This document shows positions 35,737 through 46,496 of a stretch of DNA of 64,000 bases, one piece after another. The DNA comes from Mustelus asterias (taxonomy: Eukaryota): contig NW_027590197.1 of assembly GCF_964213995.1 (NCBI RefSeq), positions 62,001 through 126,000 of the forward strand. Reading direction: 5' to 3'. The translations under genes and the position numbers were made by a program. The stretch's first letter is position 1. Each line of letters starts with the position of its first letter. A model generated the notes under the pieces. The model worked only from the letters and a program-made list of their open reading frames with translations. It had not been told where the DNA came from and made no database searches.

Positions 35737-35998
35737 AAGTTTATTGGTCACAAGTAAGGCTTACATTAACACTGCAATGAAGTTCTGTGAAATTCCCCGT
35801 GTCACCACAGTCCGGCACCTGTTTGGGTCAATGCATCTAACTAGCACGTCTTTCAGAATGTGGGAGGAAACCGGAGCACCCGGAAGAAACACACGCAGAC
35901 ACGGGGAGAACGTGCAAACTCCACACAGTGACTCAAGCCGGGAATTGAACCCGGCGCTGTGAAGCAGCAGTGCTAACCACTGTGCCGCCGTGCTGCCC
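35737..35998 (-). mobile_element. V-SINE with alternative tail
   Basis: Reverse-strand head cagcagtgctaaccactgtgccgccgtgctgccc. Confidence 0.85.
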
Positions 35999-36869
35999 AG
36001 CCACCGTGCTGCCCAATTTAATAGTAAATTTCAAAGAGAATTGGATAAATACTTGCAGAGGGAATTTGGCAGAACGATGGTAAATGGGATTAATTGACAG
36101 TTCACTCGTCTTTGTGACATTCTGAATGTTTCTCTCCTGAGGTTTTAACATTTGATCTTTTCACAATGTGTCTCAAACAGAAGATCAAAACATTGGGTTT
36201 GATGAGCTGTCAGATCTGTTTCCCATGTGACTGTAACTCAAGAATTGCAGATAAGCATGAGAAGGAACTGATTATTTTCAGTTCCTCTCACAGGTACACC
36301 TCAATATCAGAAATCTCTGGAGTTCCCCATGTCCTCATTATTCTCCCCTTGAGCATAACAGCTCTCAGTCAAGTAGAGTCAGTAACACATGTCTCTGCCA
36401 TGATGTTTGCATTCCTATTTTACCACTCACCTCCCAGTGACACTCAGCATAACACACAAACCTCAAACTATCATTGCCCCCTTACATCTTGTCCTCCTCT
36501 TACAAGCAAATATTTGTTGGGCCTCTTGTCTCCCTTAATGTCAGGTTACCTGCAGGCAAAATGACCTCAGCGACACTGGAACCGATCTTTGTGATTATCA
36601 TTGTTACACCAGATTCCAATCAGCCCCAGGACCTGCAGTTGTAAAATGCAGTAACATTTTAATATCAGGCAGGTTATTGTCAAATAGTAAGTGGCAGAGT
36701 GACAAATAACAGAATTGGAATATATTATATCAATAGACCATGACTCACTCGCTATCAAATGAGACCCAAACTTTGGTTATGGTGCACGAGATATTGACTG
36801 TATTATCATTACATTGGATCCCCGGGCCTAGAATACCCGACGCTAAAATGCCACCCTGACTACCTTCCA

Positions 36870-38390
36870 TGGGAGTTCACCTCTGTTAGCCTGACAGCAG
36901 TTTACGTCCCACCCCATGCAGGCGTGAAGACGCCATTGGATGAAATATACACCACCACAAATAGCCTTGAGACGAGGCCTTGTCCTGAGGCCTTGTTCAT
37001 CGTAGCCGAAACTTCAATCAGGCCAAGCTCAAGGGTGTTCTACCAAGGTACCTGCAACACATCTCCTGTTCCATCAGAGGCCCAAACATCCTAGACCACT
37101 GCTATACAAATATCAAAAATGCCTACTGCTCTATCACCAGCCCACACCTTGGAAAATCAAGTCTGTGCTCCTGCTCCCAGCTTAAAAGCAAAAACTGAAA
37201 TGGGAGAATCTGCCAAAGAAAGTCGTGCAATATTGGTCTGAGGAATCGGATGATCTCCTACTAGACTGCTTAGAGTCAGTAGATTGGTCAGTATTTAAAA
37301 ACTCTGTGACCAGCCTGAATGAGTCCTCCACTACAGTAACTGACTCATTAGTAAGCGTGTAGAAGACTGTGTGCCAAAGAAGCAAATCCATGTGTTTCCC
37401 AACCAGAAACCATGGATGAACAGGGATATCCACTGTCTGCTGAAGTTTAGATCTGAGACGTTCATGTCAGGCGACACTGACCTATACAAGACAGCCAGAT
37501 ATGATCTATGAAGATCCATCAAAGATGCCAAAAGACAGTACCGGATCAAGCTAGAATCCCAGGCTATCCACATGGATTCCCGTCGACTATGGCAAGGTCT
37601 GCAAGACATAAAAGGCTACGAGATTAAGGCAGGTAAAATCACCGGCTCCAATGCACCCCTCCCCACTGAGCTTCACACATTCTATGCCCGTTGTGAGCAA
37701 GAGGTCAGCGAGAGCACGCCCTCCATCCCAGAAGCCTCGAATGATTCTGTATGTTAGGTCACCAGTGCAGACATCAGAGTAGCCTTCTCAAAAGTCAACC
37801 CATGGAAAGCAACTGGCCCAGACGGGGTACCCCAATGAGCACTGAGGTCCTGCGTGGATCAGCTGGCAAGGGTATTCACAGACATCTTCAACCTCTCATT
37901 ACAACAATCTAAGGTCCCTACCTGCTTCAAGAAGAGGACCATCATCCCGATACCAAAGAAAAGCCAGGGCAGCGTGCCTTAATGACTATCATCCGGTGGC
38001 TCTGACAAACCATCTTTTTGTGATTCATGCACAAGGACACCCAGGTCCCTTTGCGCAGCAGCATGCTGCAATTTATTACCATTTAAATGCATGGTTGGGG
38101 ACCCCGCGCACCCCCGACATTCTCTCTCTCACCTTCTTCCATCGGGAGGGGGATGCAGAGGTCTTGGGGTCGCGTGCCGACCGACTCGAGAGCAGCTTCT
38201 TCCCGTGCTGCTGTCGGACTTTTGGGTGGGCCTATCTTGCATTGGGTTGGTCTTTCTCTGCACCCTAGCTGTGGCTGTGGCACTGCATTCTGCGCTCTCT
38301 CATTTCCTTCTCTATGAACGGTATGTTTTGTCTTTATAGCGCAGAAGAAACAATACTTTTCATTGTATGCTAAAACATGTGACAATTAAA
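36870..38390 (+). mobile_element. Rex1/Babar-clade element, degenerate with internal deletion
   Basis: AVYVPP endonuclease motif, [27 protein letters not shown]; 3' UTR matches 16840-17090. Confidence 0.75.
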
Positions 38391-38531
38391 AAAAATAGTC
38401 CATTTTGCTGTTATTCCTACCAAAATGGATGACCTCACATTTACCAACATTGTACTCGATTTCTGTTGGCAAAATAGGTTGCATGCTTACTTTTTAATTA
38501 TACAATGTTCAGAGCACTAAATTTGACACAC

Positions 38532-38800
38532 AGAATCATAGAATCCCTGTAGTGCAGAAGGAGGCCATTCGGCCCATCAAGCCTGCACCGACAACGATCC
38601 CATCCAGGCCCTATTCCTGTAATCTCATGCCCCAACATGAAAGGGGCAATTTATCATGGCTAATCCACCTAACCTGCACATCTTTGGACTGTGGGAGGAA
38701 ACCCACGCAGACACGGGGAGAATGTGCAAACTCCACACAGTAACCTGAGGCTGGAATTGAACCCAGGTCCTTGGCGCTGTGAGGCAGCAGTGCTGACCAC
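38532..38800 (-). mobile_element. V-SINE with CR1-type tail
   Basis: Reverse-strand tail catagaatccctgtagtgcagaaggaggccattcggccc and V-SINE head. Confidence 0.85.
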
Positions 38801-38929
38801 ATGTGACCAATAACCAAGGACATGGCAGACATGACCAGTGTGTGAATTGCTGATGAATGGTCTTGTCCCTGTTGTTCCAATCTGTGTCCACAAAGGTACA
38901 ATCCAATGGCAGAGCCATTGCCCAGCATT

Positions 38930-39265
38930 CACTGCGGGAGCTGCTGCGCAGGCGCACTGTTAGGTTGTGATTGGAGCATGCGCGGTGCGGGTGCTGCAGC
39001 TTGATGGAAGGGCGAGGCGGTCGTGTGGCTTTCGCAACGGGTGAAATAAAACACCCAGTGTGGATGGGGAACGGAGCCGGTGGGTGGAGAGATTTCATTA
39101 ACACCGGACTCAGCTCGCAAAGTTCGAGTAAAAATCTAACGGTCCCCAATTTGGACAGAGAGGATTGTTCGGTAGTTCTCTCGGTGTGGGGCCTGGCTCA
39201 CCGATCGCCATCTTTATAAGGGGCAATGTTCCGGTAAGGACGCTGCCATCTTTATAGGGGGCAAT
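38930..39265 (+). promoter_or_regulatory. CpG-rich promoter, probably of ZNF-7
   Basis: tgcgcaggcgca and gcatgcgc NRF1-like motifs, attgg, two YY1-like gccatctt motifs (~39207, ~39245); similar to 42220-42340. Confidence 0.55.
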
Positions 39266-39608
39266 ACCAGTAGCAGGAGAGAACTTTATGCATTTCTATG
39301 TTAAAAGCAAAATACTGAGGGTGCTAGAAATCTGAAATAAAAACCGAAAATGGTGGATTGCTACCCTTGGCTGACAGTAATGCATTTACAGGATACGCAA
39401 AAGAGAGAATTCACAATTCAAAACATTGCATCTAGATTCAGTCGATTCATCAAGATCATTGACCTTTGCATGTGCAAAGAAGCTGTTCTGTCTGTGGGAA
39501 ATGATTTCAGCTATCAATGCGTCTGGTATTTGAAAATAAGAATGATAATTTCAAAATCAAGATTCCGCTTGACTGGAAATCATGGCAAAGTACTGCAGAT
39601 GCTGAAAT

Positions 39609-39705
39609 CTGACGAAGGGTCATCCTGACTCGAAAAGTTGGTTCTATTCTCTGTCCATGGATGCTGTTAGACCTGCTGAGAGTTTCCAGCATTTTTTGCT
39701 TTTGT
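39609..39705 (+). mobile_element. Penelope-like family 2 terminus with hammerhead core
   Basis: CTGACGA-a-GGGTC-atcct-GACTC-GAAA at 39609-39635. Confidence 0.6.
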
Positions 39706-40241
39706 TGTGACTGGGAATCAATGTGGGTGAGCAGGCACTGAGATCTTGGGGCTAACTGGACTTGCTGTCATAGAGTCACACAGCACAGAAAGAGATTCTT
39801 CAGCCCATAAGGGAACAAGCGAAGAAAAGATGTTCCACAGAATCAGAATTGTCTATTCAGAATTTCTGTCCTGTACTTACGAGGATTAATTTTATAAACT
39901 CCTTTTACAGGCTCTGAGAAAGGGAGGAATTCCAAACAACAACATCAAAACAAACATGACATCCAACATCTACTCACTTGATTCATCAGCGCTTGAATAT
40001 TGTGGACCTTTGAATGTGGAATGAGAAATGTTTCTCTGTTTCTGTCTGAGGATTTCAAACTGAAAGTTTTGAAACAATTGACTGGAAAAGCACCGAGTGA
40101 GAGTGTTCCAGTGAACTGACTGTGGAAAGAGCTTTAACCAGTTATACAGCCTGATAGAACATCACAGCATTCACAGCACGGAGAAACCATACAGGTTTCA
40201 ACTGATTGTCCAACTTGGAGAGTCACAAGGACACTGGCACC

Positions 40242-40913
40242 ATGGAGAAACTGTGGAAATCTGGGGACTGTGGGAAGGGCTTCAATTACCCAACGCTGAA
40301 AACACATTACCATTGTCACACTGGGGAGACACCATTCACCTGCTCTGTCTGTGGGAAGCGATTCACTCAGTCATCCCATCTCACTGACCATCAACTTGTA
40401 CACAGTGATCAGAGACCTTTTAAATGTTCTGATTGTGAGAAGAGGTTTAAAAGCAAGAAGCATCTGGTAGCACATCAGCTTGTTCATACTGGGGAGAGGC
40501 CGTTCCTCTGCTCTGTGTGTGGGAAGAGATTCAATCGGTCATCCCACCTTCTGACACATCAGCAAGTTCACACTGGGGAGAGACCATTCCTCTGCTCTGT
40601 GTGTGGTAAAGGATTCATTCAGTCATCCCAACTTCTGAGACATCAGCGAGTTCACACTGGGGAGAGGCCATTTACCTGCTCTGAGTGTGGGAAAGGATTC
40701 AGTCAGTTTTCTGACCTTCTGGTACACCAACGGGTTCACACTGGGGAGAGGCCATTCACCTGTTCTGTGTGTCGGAACAGCTTTGCTCAGTCATCTACTC
40801 TTCAGAGACACCAACGAGTTCATACTGGAGAGAGGCCATTCACCTGCTCTGAGTGTGAGAAGGGATTCATTCAGTTATCCGACCTTCTGAGACACCAGCG
40901 AGTTCACAAATGA
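40242..40913 (+). CDS. C2H2 zinc-finger protein ZNF-7 (7 intact + 1 degenerate finger)
   Basis: caccATGG at 40242; first finger has Cys->Ser; acceptor at 39909-39910. Confidence 0.9.
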   Translation: MEKLWKSGDCGKGFNYPTLKTHYHCHTGETPFTCSVCGKRFTQSSHLTDHQLVHSDQRPFKCSDCEKRFKSKKHLVAHQLVHTGERPFLCSVCGKRFNRSSHLLTHQQVHTGERPFLCSVCGKGFIQSSQLLRHQRVHTGERPFTCSECGKGFSQFSDLLVHQRVHTGERPFTCSVCRNSFAQSSTLQRHQRVHTGERPFTCSECEKGFIQLSDLLRHQRVHK

Positions 40914-41426
40914 TTGTAGAATTTGGAGTTTGTCATTGTTGCTTTTAGAGACATCCAGGACTGAACATGTGGCTGTGTAAGCTGAGGTGTGTAAGAAATG
41001 TGTCCCAGCCACGCTCTTCCATGGTTCAGAGCTCTTAGAGACAGAACAGAAGCTCCTTTACAACTGGGTTTAGAGTCAGGAAGAACAACGGTGAATATTG
41101 GAAATGTGATGTCAAGTCAGAGATTGGTGTTAAATTGGGATCTGTTCCAGACTGAGACTCTGACAATAAATAGAAATGTGGAATGAACATTTAAAATGTT
41201 TGTGTGATATTCTTGATCAGACAATAACAGCACTCTACATTTTTATTGTCTCTTTAACACAGTAAATGTGAGAACTGACACTGTTTTCAGATGATGTCAT
41301 TGATGGGAATATGTTCATGAGAAATAAGAGGCCAAGCCTCTGGAGACACCAGAGGTAAGTGTGGGAATGGGAAGCGAAGATATTATCAGTGATTCTCTGA
41401 CTCTGATTGAAGAGAGAATAGTTTTA

Positions 41427-41725
41427 AAGTTTACTTATTTATTAGTGTCACAAGTAGACGTACATTAACACTGCAATGAAGTTACTATGAAAATCCCCTG
41501 GTCGCCACATTCCTGCACCTGTTCAGGTACACTGAGGAGAATTTAACATGGTCAATGCACCCTAACCAGCACATCTTTTGGACTGTGGGAGGCAACCAGA
41601 ACATCCGGAGGAAACTCACGCAGACAAGGGGAGAATGTGCAGACTCTGCACAGACAGTGACCCAAGCCGAGAATCATACCCGGGTCTCTGGTGCTTGTGG
41701 CAGCAGTGCTAGCCACCGTACCACC
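41427..41725 (-). mobile_element. V-SINE with alternative tail
   Basis: Reverse-strand tail, V-domain and head all present. Confidence 0.8.
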
Positions 41726-41975
41726 CATATAGATCCAGGAGAGAGCAGCCCCACCCAGCTGCACAACAGTGGAGAGGGATGGAGCAGGATGATGTGGGCG
41801 ACCTTGTCAAAGGCTGCAAATAGGTCGAGGATGAGAAGGGAGAGTTTATCTTTGTCGCAGTCACATAGGATGTCAGTGCGGACTTTGATAAGAGCTGTTT
41901 CAGTAATGTGGCAAGGCAGAAACCTGATTGAAGAATTCAAATATGGAGTTCTGGGAAAGATGGCCTTGGGTTTTG
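41726..41975 (-). mobile_element. L2-clade RT fragment
   Basis: HITETALIKVRTDIL..SLLILDLFAAFDKVAH resembles the L2 RT motif HSTETAL..LLDLSAAFDTVDH. Confidence 0.75.
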
Positions 41976-41996
41976 GGACATGACAAAACATTCAGT

Positions 41997-42785
41997 GTGA
42001 ATGAGGGGGCGGGGCTGGAACACCAATGAGAGCGGCGGGTCCTCCAACCAATCGGAGTGAATGAGGGGGCGGGGCTGGAGGACCGAGCGCGAGCAGCGAG
42101 TCCTCCAACCAATCGGAGTAAATGAGGGGCGGGGCTGGAGGACCGAGCGAGAGCGGCTCGTCTTCCAACCAATCGGAGTGAATGAGGGGCGGGGCTGACG
42201 GCGAGTTGCACTGTGGTGATCTGGAGCATGCGCAGTGCCGATCACTGAGGATTGAGGCGGTTGTGGAAATATTCAGTCCACGCGATAAAACGGGTAAATC
42301 AGGAATGAGTGATGGAGCCGGTGGGTGGGCGGGCTTGGAGGCTTTATAAAAATCCCGTGTACGCCTCAAGTCCCCAATAGGAAGCTCGGATTCGATATTT
42401 GAACCGTTGACAACTGCTCGGGCTTTTTCCCCGATTCAGGCCCGGGTGAACGACCGCCATCTTGACAGTGTGTCGCCGAGCGCACGCGCAGACAGAGGGA
42501 GCTCCAGGCTCAGCCCCGCCCCTCATTCAGTCTGATTGGTCGGAGGACCAGCCACTCCAGCTCGGTCCTCCAGCCCCGCCCCCTCTTCCTATTGGTCAGA
42601 ACTGCCGTCAATCAGTCCCCGGGCATTGTGAGCTGGAACAAACCCTTCAGAATCATTGTCAGCTCCCTGGTTTGCAGCTGCGGGGCTTCTCCCTCCCTCC
42701 CGGGAACAGGCCCAGGTTAACGGCCCCATCCTGGCTCAGCCACTGGAGGATGGTTCACATCAGAGGATGGGGGAGGGGGACAATA
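41997..42785. promoter_or_regulatory. Bidirectional promoter with ~60-bp CCAAT/GC-box tandem repeat (3.3 copies left, 1 inverted copy right)
   Basis: Units start at ~42001, 42061, 42122; NRF1-like motif ~42226; YY1 gccatcttg ~42456; likely drives ZNF-8. Confidence 0.65.
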
Positions 42786-42929
42786 AGTTATACAATCCCG
42801 ACAGTGCAGAAGGAGGCCATTCGGCCCAGTGAGTCTGCACCGACCACAACCCCATCCCTCACTGTTTGTATGTTCCCACAATTCTGGGAGACGCCAGCCT
42901 TACACAGCCTGACCTCAGTTCTGGCAAGA

Positions 42930-43362
42930 CCCAGAGTTGCTGAGCAGAAACTGATAGCCAAGTTTCGCACACATGAGGACGGCCTCAACCGGGATCTTGG
43001 GTTCATGTCACACTATCTGTAACCCCCACGACTTGCCTGGACTTGCAAAATCTCACAAATTGTCCTGTCTGGAGACAATACACATCTCTTTAACCTGTGC
43101 TTAACCCTCTCTCCACTCGCATTGTCTGTACCTTTAAGACTTGATTACCTGTAAAGACTCGCATTCCAATCATTATTCTGTAAATTGAGTTTGTGTCTTT
43201 TTATGCCCTGTTTGTAATCAGAACTCCCACTCACCTGACGAAGGGGCAGCGCTCCGAAAGCTAGTGGCGTTTGCTACCAAATAAACCTGTTCGACCTTAA
43301 CCTGGTGTTGTGAGACTTCTTACTGTTTTTACACCAGTCCAACGCCAGTATCTCCACATCAT
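42930..43362 (+). mobile_element. Penelope-like element 3' end and terminal repeat
   Basis: RVAEQKLIAKFRTHEDGLNRD (GIY-YIG C-terminus) matches 61598-61688. Confidence 0.85.
43231..43267 (+). ncRNA. Minimal type I hammerhead ribozyme motif
   Basis: tcac-CTGACGA-a-GGGGC-agc-GCTCC-GAAA-gct-a-gtgg: intact core, stems I and II, palindromic AGCT in place of stem III. Confidence 0.7.
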
Positions 43363-43399
43363 GACATTTAAGGGGACAGTAAAAAAAAAAAAAAAAAAA

Positions 43400-46300
43400 G
43401 ACGGGTGGCACTTGAATCCCAGGGGGACCAATATCCTGGCGGGAAGGTTGGCTAAGGCTACTGGTGAGACTTTAAACTAGAAAGGTTGGGGGGAGGGAAT
43501 CGAAATGAGGGGACTGAGAGCGAGGAGGTTAGCTCGCAAATAGATAAGGAATGTAGACAGGGTAAGAGGGAGGTTAGACGAGTGAGGGAGAAGGGAAGTG
43601 CTCAGGCTGAAGGTCTGAGATGTGTCTATTTTAATGCCAGGAGTGTAGTGAATAAAGTGGATGAGCTTGGAGCGTGGATTGCTGCTTCGAATTGTGATGT
43701 GGTGGCCATTACGGAGACTTGGATGTCTCAGGGACAGGACTGGGTGCTTCAGGTGCCGGGTTTTAGATGTTTCAGGAAGGACAGGGAGGGAGGCAAGAGA
43801 GGGGGGGGAGTGGCACTGTTGATCAGGGATAGTGTCACGGCTGTAGAGAAGGTGGACGCCGTGGAGGGACTGACTACGGAATCTCTGTGGGTGGAGGTTA
43901 GGAACAGGAAGGGGTCGGTAACTTTGCTGGGTGTTTTCTATAGGCCGCCCAATAGTAACAGAGATGTTGAGGAGCAGATGGGGAAACAGATCCTGGAGAG
44001 ATGTAGGAATAACAGAGTTGTCGTGATGGGAGATTTTAATTTCCCAAACATAGATTGGAATATCCCTAGGGCTAGGGGTTTGGATGGAGAGGAGTTTGTT
44101 AGGTGTGTCCAGGAGAGTTTCCTGACACAGTATGTGGATAAGCCTACTAGAGGAGAGGCTGTTCTTGATCTGGTGCTGGCTAATGAACCTGGACAGGTGG
44201 AGGATCTCTCGGTGGGTGAGCATCTTGGGGATAGCGATCATAATTCTATCTCCTTCACGATAGCATTGGAAAGAGATAGGGTCAGGCAGGCTAGGAAAGT
44301 GTTTCTCTGGAGTAAAGGGAAATACAGTGTCATCAGGGAGGAAATTAGACGGGTAAATTGGAAGGAGGCATTCTTGGGGAAAAGTGCCGAAGGAAAGTGG
44401 AGGATTTTCAAGGAATGTTTGTCTGGAGCTCTGCATGACAACGTTCCGATGAGACAGGGGGGTGTTGGTAGGGTACGGGAACCGTGGTGCACGAAGGTTG
44501 TGATGAACCTGGTAAATAAGAAAAGAGAGGCGTACAGAAGGTTCAGAGAGCTAGGAGGTGTTAAGGATTTAGAGGAGTATACGCGATGTAGGAAGGAGCT
44601 TAAGAAGGAAATTAGGAGAGCGAGAAGGGGTCATGAGAAGACCTTGGCGGGTAAGATTAAGGAGAATCCCAAGGCTTTCTACAAATATGTCAAGAGTAAA
44701 AGGATGAGATGTGAAGGCATAGGACCCTTAAAAGGTGAAGGGGGAAAAGTTTGTGCGGAACCGTTAGAAATGGCGGAGGTGCTTAATGAATACTTTACCT
44801 CGGTATTCACGGTGGAAAGGGATCTGGGTGGTTGTACTGCTGGATTGCGGAGGACAGAAAGGATCGAGCATGTGGACATAAAGAAAGAGGATGTGTTGGA
44901 ACTATTGAATGGCATCAAGGTTGGTAAGTCGCCGGGACCGGATGGGATGTACCCCAGGTTACTGTGGGAGGCGAGGGAGGAGATTGCGGAGCCTTTGGCG
45001 ATGATCTTTGCATCGTCGATGGAGACGGGAGAGGTTCCGGAGGATTGGAGGATTGCGGATGTGGTCCCTATATTCAAGAAAGGGAACAGGGACAGCCCGG
45101 GAAATTACCGACCGGTGAGTCTAACCTCAGTGGTTGGTAAGTTGATGGAGAGGATCCTGAGAGACAGGATTTATGATCATCTAGAGAAGTTTAGTATGAT
45201 CAACAGTAGGCAGCACGGCTTTGTCAGGGGCAGGTCGTGCCTTACGAGCCTGGTTGAGTTCTTTGAAAATGTGACCAAGCACATTGACGAAGGAAGAGCG
45301 GTGGATGTGGTCTATATGGACTTCAGCAAAGCGTTCGATAAGGTCCCCCATGCAAGACTTCTTGAGAAAGTGAGAGGGCATGGGATCCAAGGGGCTGTTG
45401 CCTTGTGGATCCAGAACTGGCTTGCCTGCAGAAGGCAGAGAGTGGCTGTGGAGGGGTCTTTCTCTGCATGGAGGTCAGTGACCAGTGGAGTGCCCCAGGG
45501 ATCTGTTCTGGGACCCTTGCTGTTTGTCATTTTCATAAATGACCTGGATGAGGAAGTGGAGGGATGGGTTGGTAAGTTTGCTGACGACACCAAGGTAGGT
45601 GGTGTTGTGGATAGTTTGGAGGGATGTCAGAAGTTGCAGCGAGACATAGATAGAATGCAGGACTGGGCGGAGAAGTGGCAGATGGACTTCAACCCGGATA
45701 AGTGTGTGGTGATCCATTTTGGCAGATCCAATGGGATGGAGCAGCAGTATAAAATGAAGGGTACCATTCTTAGCAGTGTAGAGGATCAGAGGGACCTTGG
45801 GGTCCGGGTCCATAGGACTCTTAAATCGGCCTCGCAGGTGGAGGATGCGGTCAAGAAGGCGTATGGCGTACTAGCCTTCATTAATCGAGGGATTGAGTTT
45901 AGGAGTCGGGAGATAATGCTGCAGCTTTATAGGACCCTGGTTAGACCCCACTTGGAGTACTGCGCGCAGTTCTGGTCACCTCATTACAGGAAAGATGTTG
46001 AAGCCATTGAAAGGGTGCAGAGGAGATTTACAAGGATGTTGCCTGGATTGGGGGGCATGCCTTATGAGGATAGGTTGAGGGAGCTTGGTCTCTTCTCCCT
46101 GGAGAGACGAAGGATGAGAGGTGACCTGATAGAGGTTTACAAGATGTTGAGGGGTCTGGATAGGGTGGACTCTCAGAGGCTATTTCCAAGGGCTGAAATG
46201 GTTGCTACGAGAGGACACAGGTTTAAGGTGCTGGGGGGTAGGTACAGGGGGGATGTCAGGGGTAAGTTTTTCACTCAGAGGGTGGTGGGTGAGTGGAATC

Positions 46301-46468
46301 GGCTGACGTCGGTGGTGGTGGAGGCAAACTCGTTGGGGTCTTTTAAGAGACTTCTGGATGAGTACATGGGATTTAATGGGATTGAGGGCTATAGATAGGC
46401 CTAGAGGTGGGGATGTGATCGGCGCAACTTGTGGGCCGAAGGGCCTGTTTGTGCTGTGGCTTTCTATG
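43400..46468 (+). mobile_element. Young CR1 LINE, 5'-truncated within ORF1, ORF2 intact
   Basis: ORF1 C-terminus DGWHLNPRGTNILAGRLAKATGETLN* (esterase DGxH motif), full ORF2, ttctatg tail; preceded by an A-run. Confidence 0.95.
43486..46398 (+). CDS. CR1 ORF2 protein (APE endonuclease + reverse transcriptase)
   Basis: 970 aa uninterrupted: YFNARS, ITETW, GDFN, SDH endonuclease motifs; DFSKAFD, PQGSVLGP, FADD RT motifs. No ATG before 43723. Confidence 0.95.
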   Translation: MGGGNRNEGTESEEVSSQIDKECRQGKREVRRVREKGSAQAEGLRCVYFNARSVVNKVDELGAWIAASNCDVVAITETWMSQGQDWVLQVPGFRCFRKDREGGKRGGGVALLIRDSVTAVEKVDAVEGLTTESLWVEVRNRKGSVTLLGVFYRPPNSNRDVEEQMGKQILERCRNNRVVVMGDFNFPNIDWNIPRARGLDGEEFVRCVQESFLTQYVDKPTRGEAVLDLVLANEPGQVEDLSVGEHLGDSDHNSISFTIALERDRVRQARKVFLWSKGKYSVIREEIRRVNWKEAFLGKSAEGKWRIFKECLSGALHDNVPMRQGGVGRVREPWCTKVVMNLVNKKREAYRRFRELGGVKDLEEYTRCRKELKKEIRRARRGHEKTLAGKIKENPKAFYKYVKSKRMRCEGIGPLKGEGGKVCAEPLEMAEVLNEYFTSVFTVERDLGGCTAGLRRTERIEHVDIKKEDVLELLNGIKVGKSPGPDGMYPRLLWEAREEIAEPLAMIFASSMETGEVPEDWRIADVVPIFKKGNRDSPGNYRPVSLTSVVGKLMERILRDRIYDHLEKFSMINSRQHGFVRGRSCLTSLVEFFENVTKHIDEGRAVDVVYMDFSKAFDKVPHARLLEKVRGHGIQGAVALWIQNWLACRRQRVAVEGSFSAWRSVTSGVPQGSVLGPLLFVIFINDLDEEVEGWVGKFADDTKVGGVVDSLEGCQKLQRDIDRMQDWAEKWQMDFNPDKCVVIHFGRSNGMEQQYKMKGTILSSVEDQRDLGVRVHRTLKSASQVEDAVKKAYGVLAFINRGIEFRSREIMLQLYRTLVRPHLEYCAQFWSPHYRKDVEAIERVQRRFTRMLPGLGGMPYEDRLRELGLFSLERRRMRGDLIEVYKMLRGLDRVDSQRLFPRAEMVATRGHRFKVLGGRYRGDVRGKFFTQRVVGEWNRLTSVVVEANSLGSFKRLLDEYMGFNGIEGYR

Positions 46469-46496
46469 TAAATTAATATAGGACAGATGTAGGACA

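Noticed and set aside
43477-44436. 319-aa antisense ORF over the CR1 endonuclease
   Set aside because: Expected shadow of a purine-rich coding strand; no recognisable motif.
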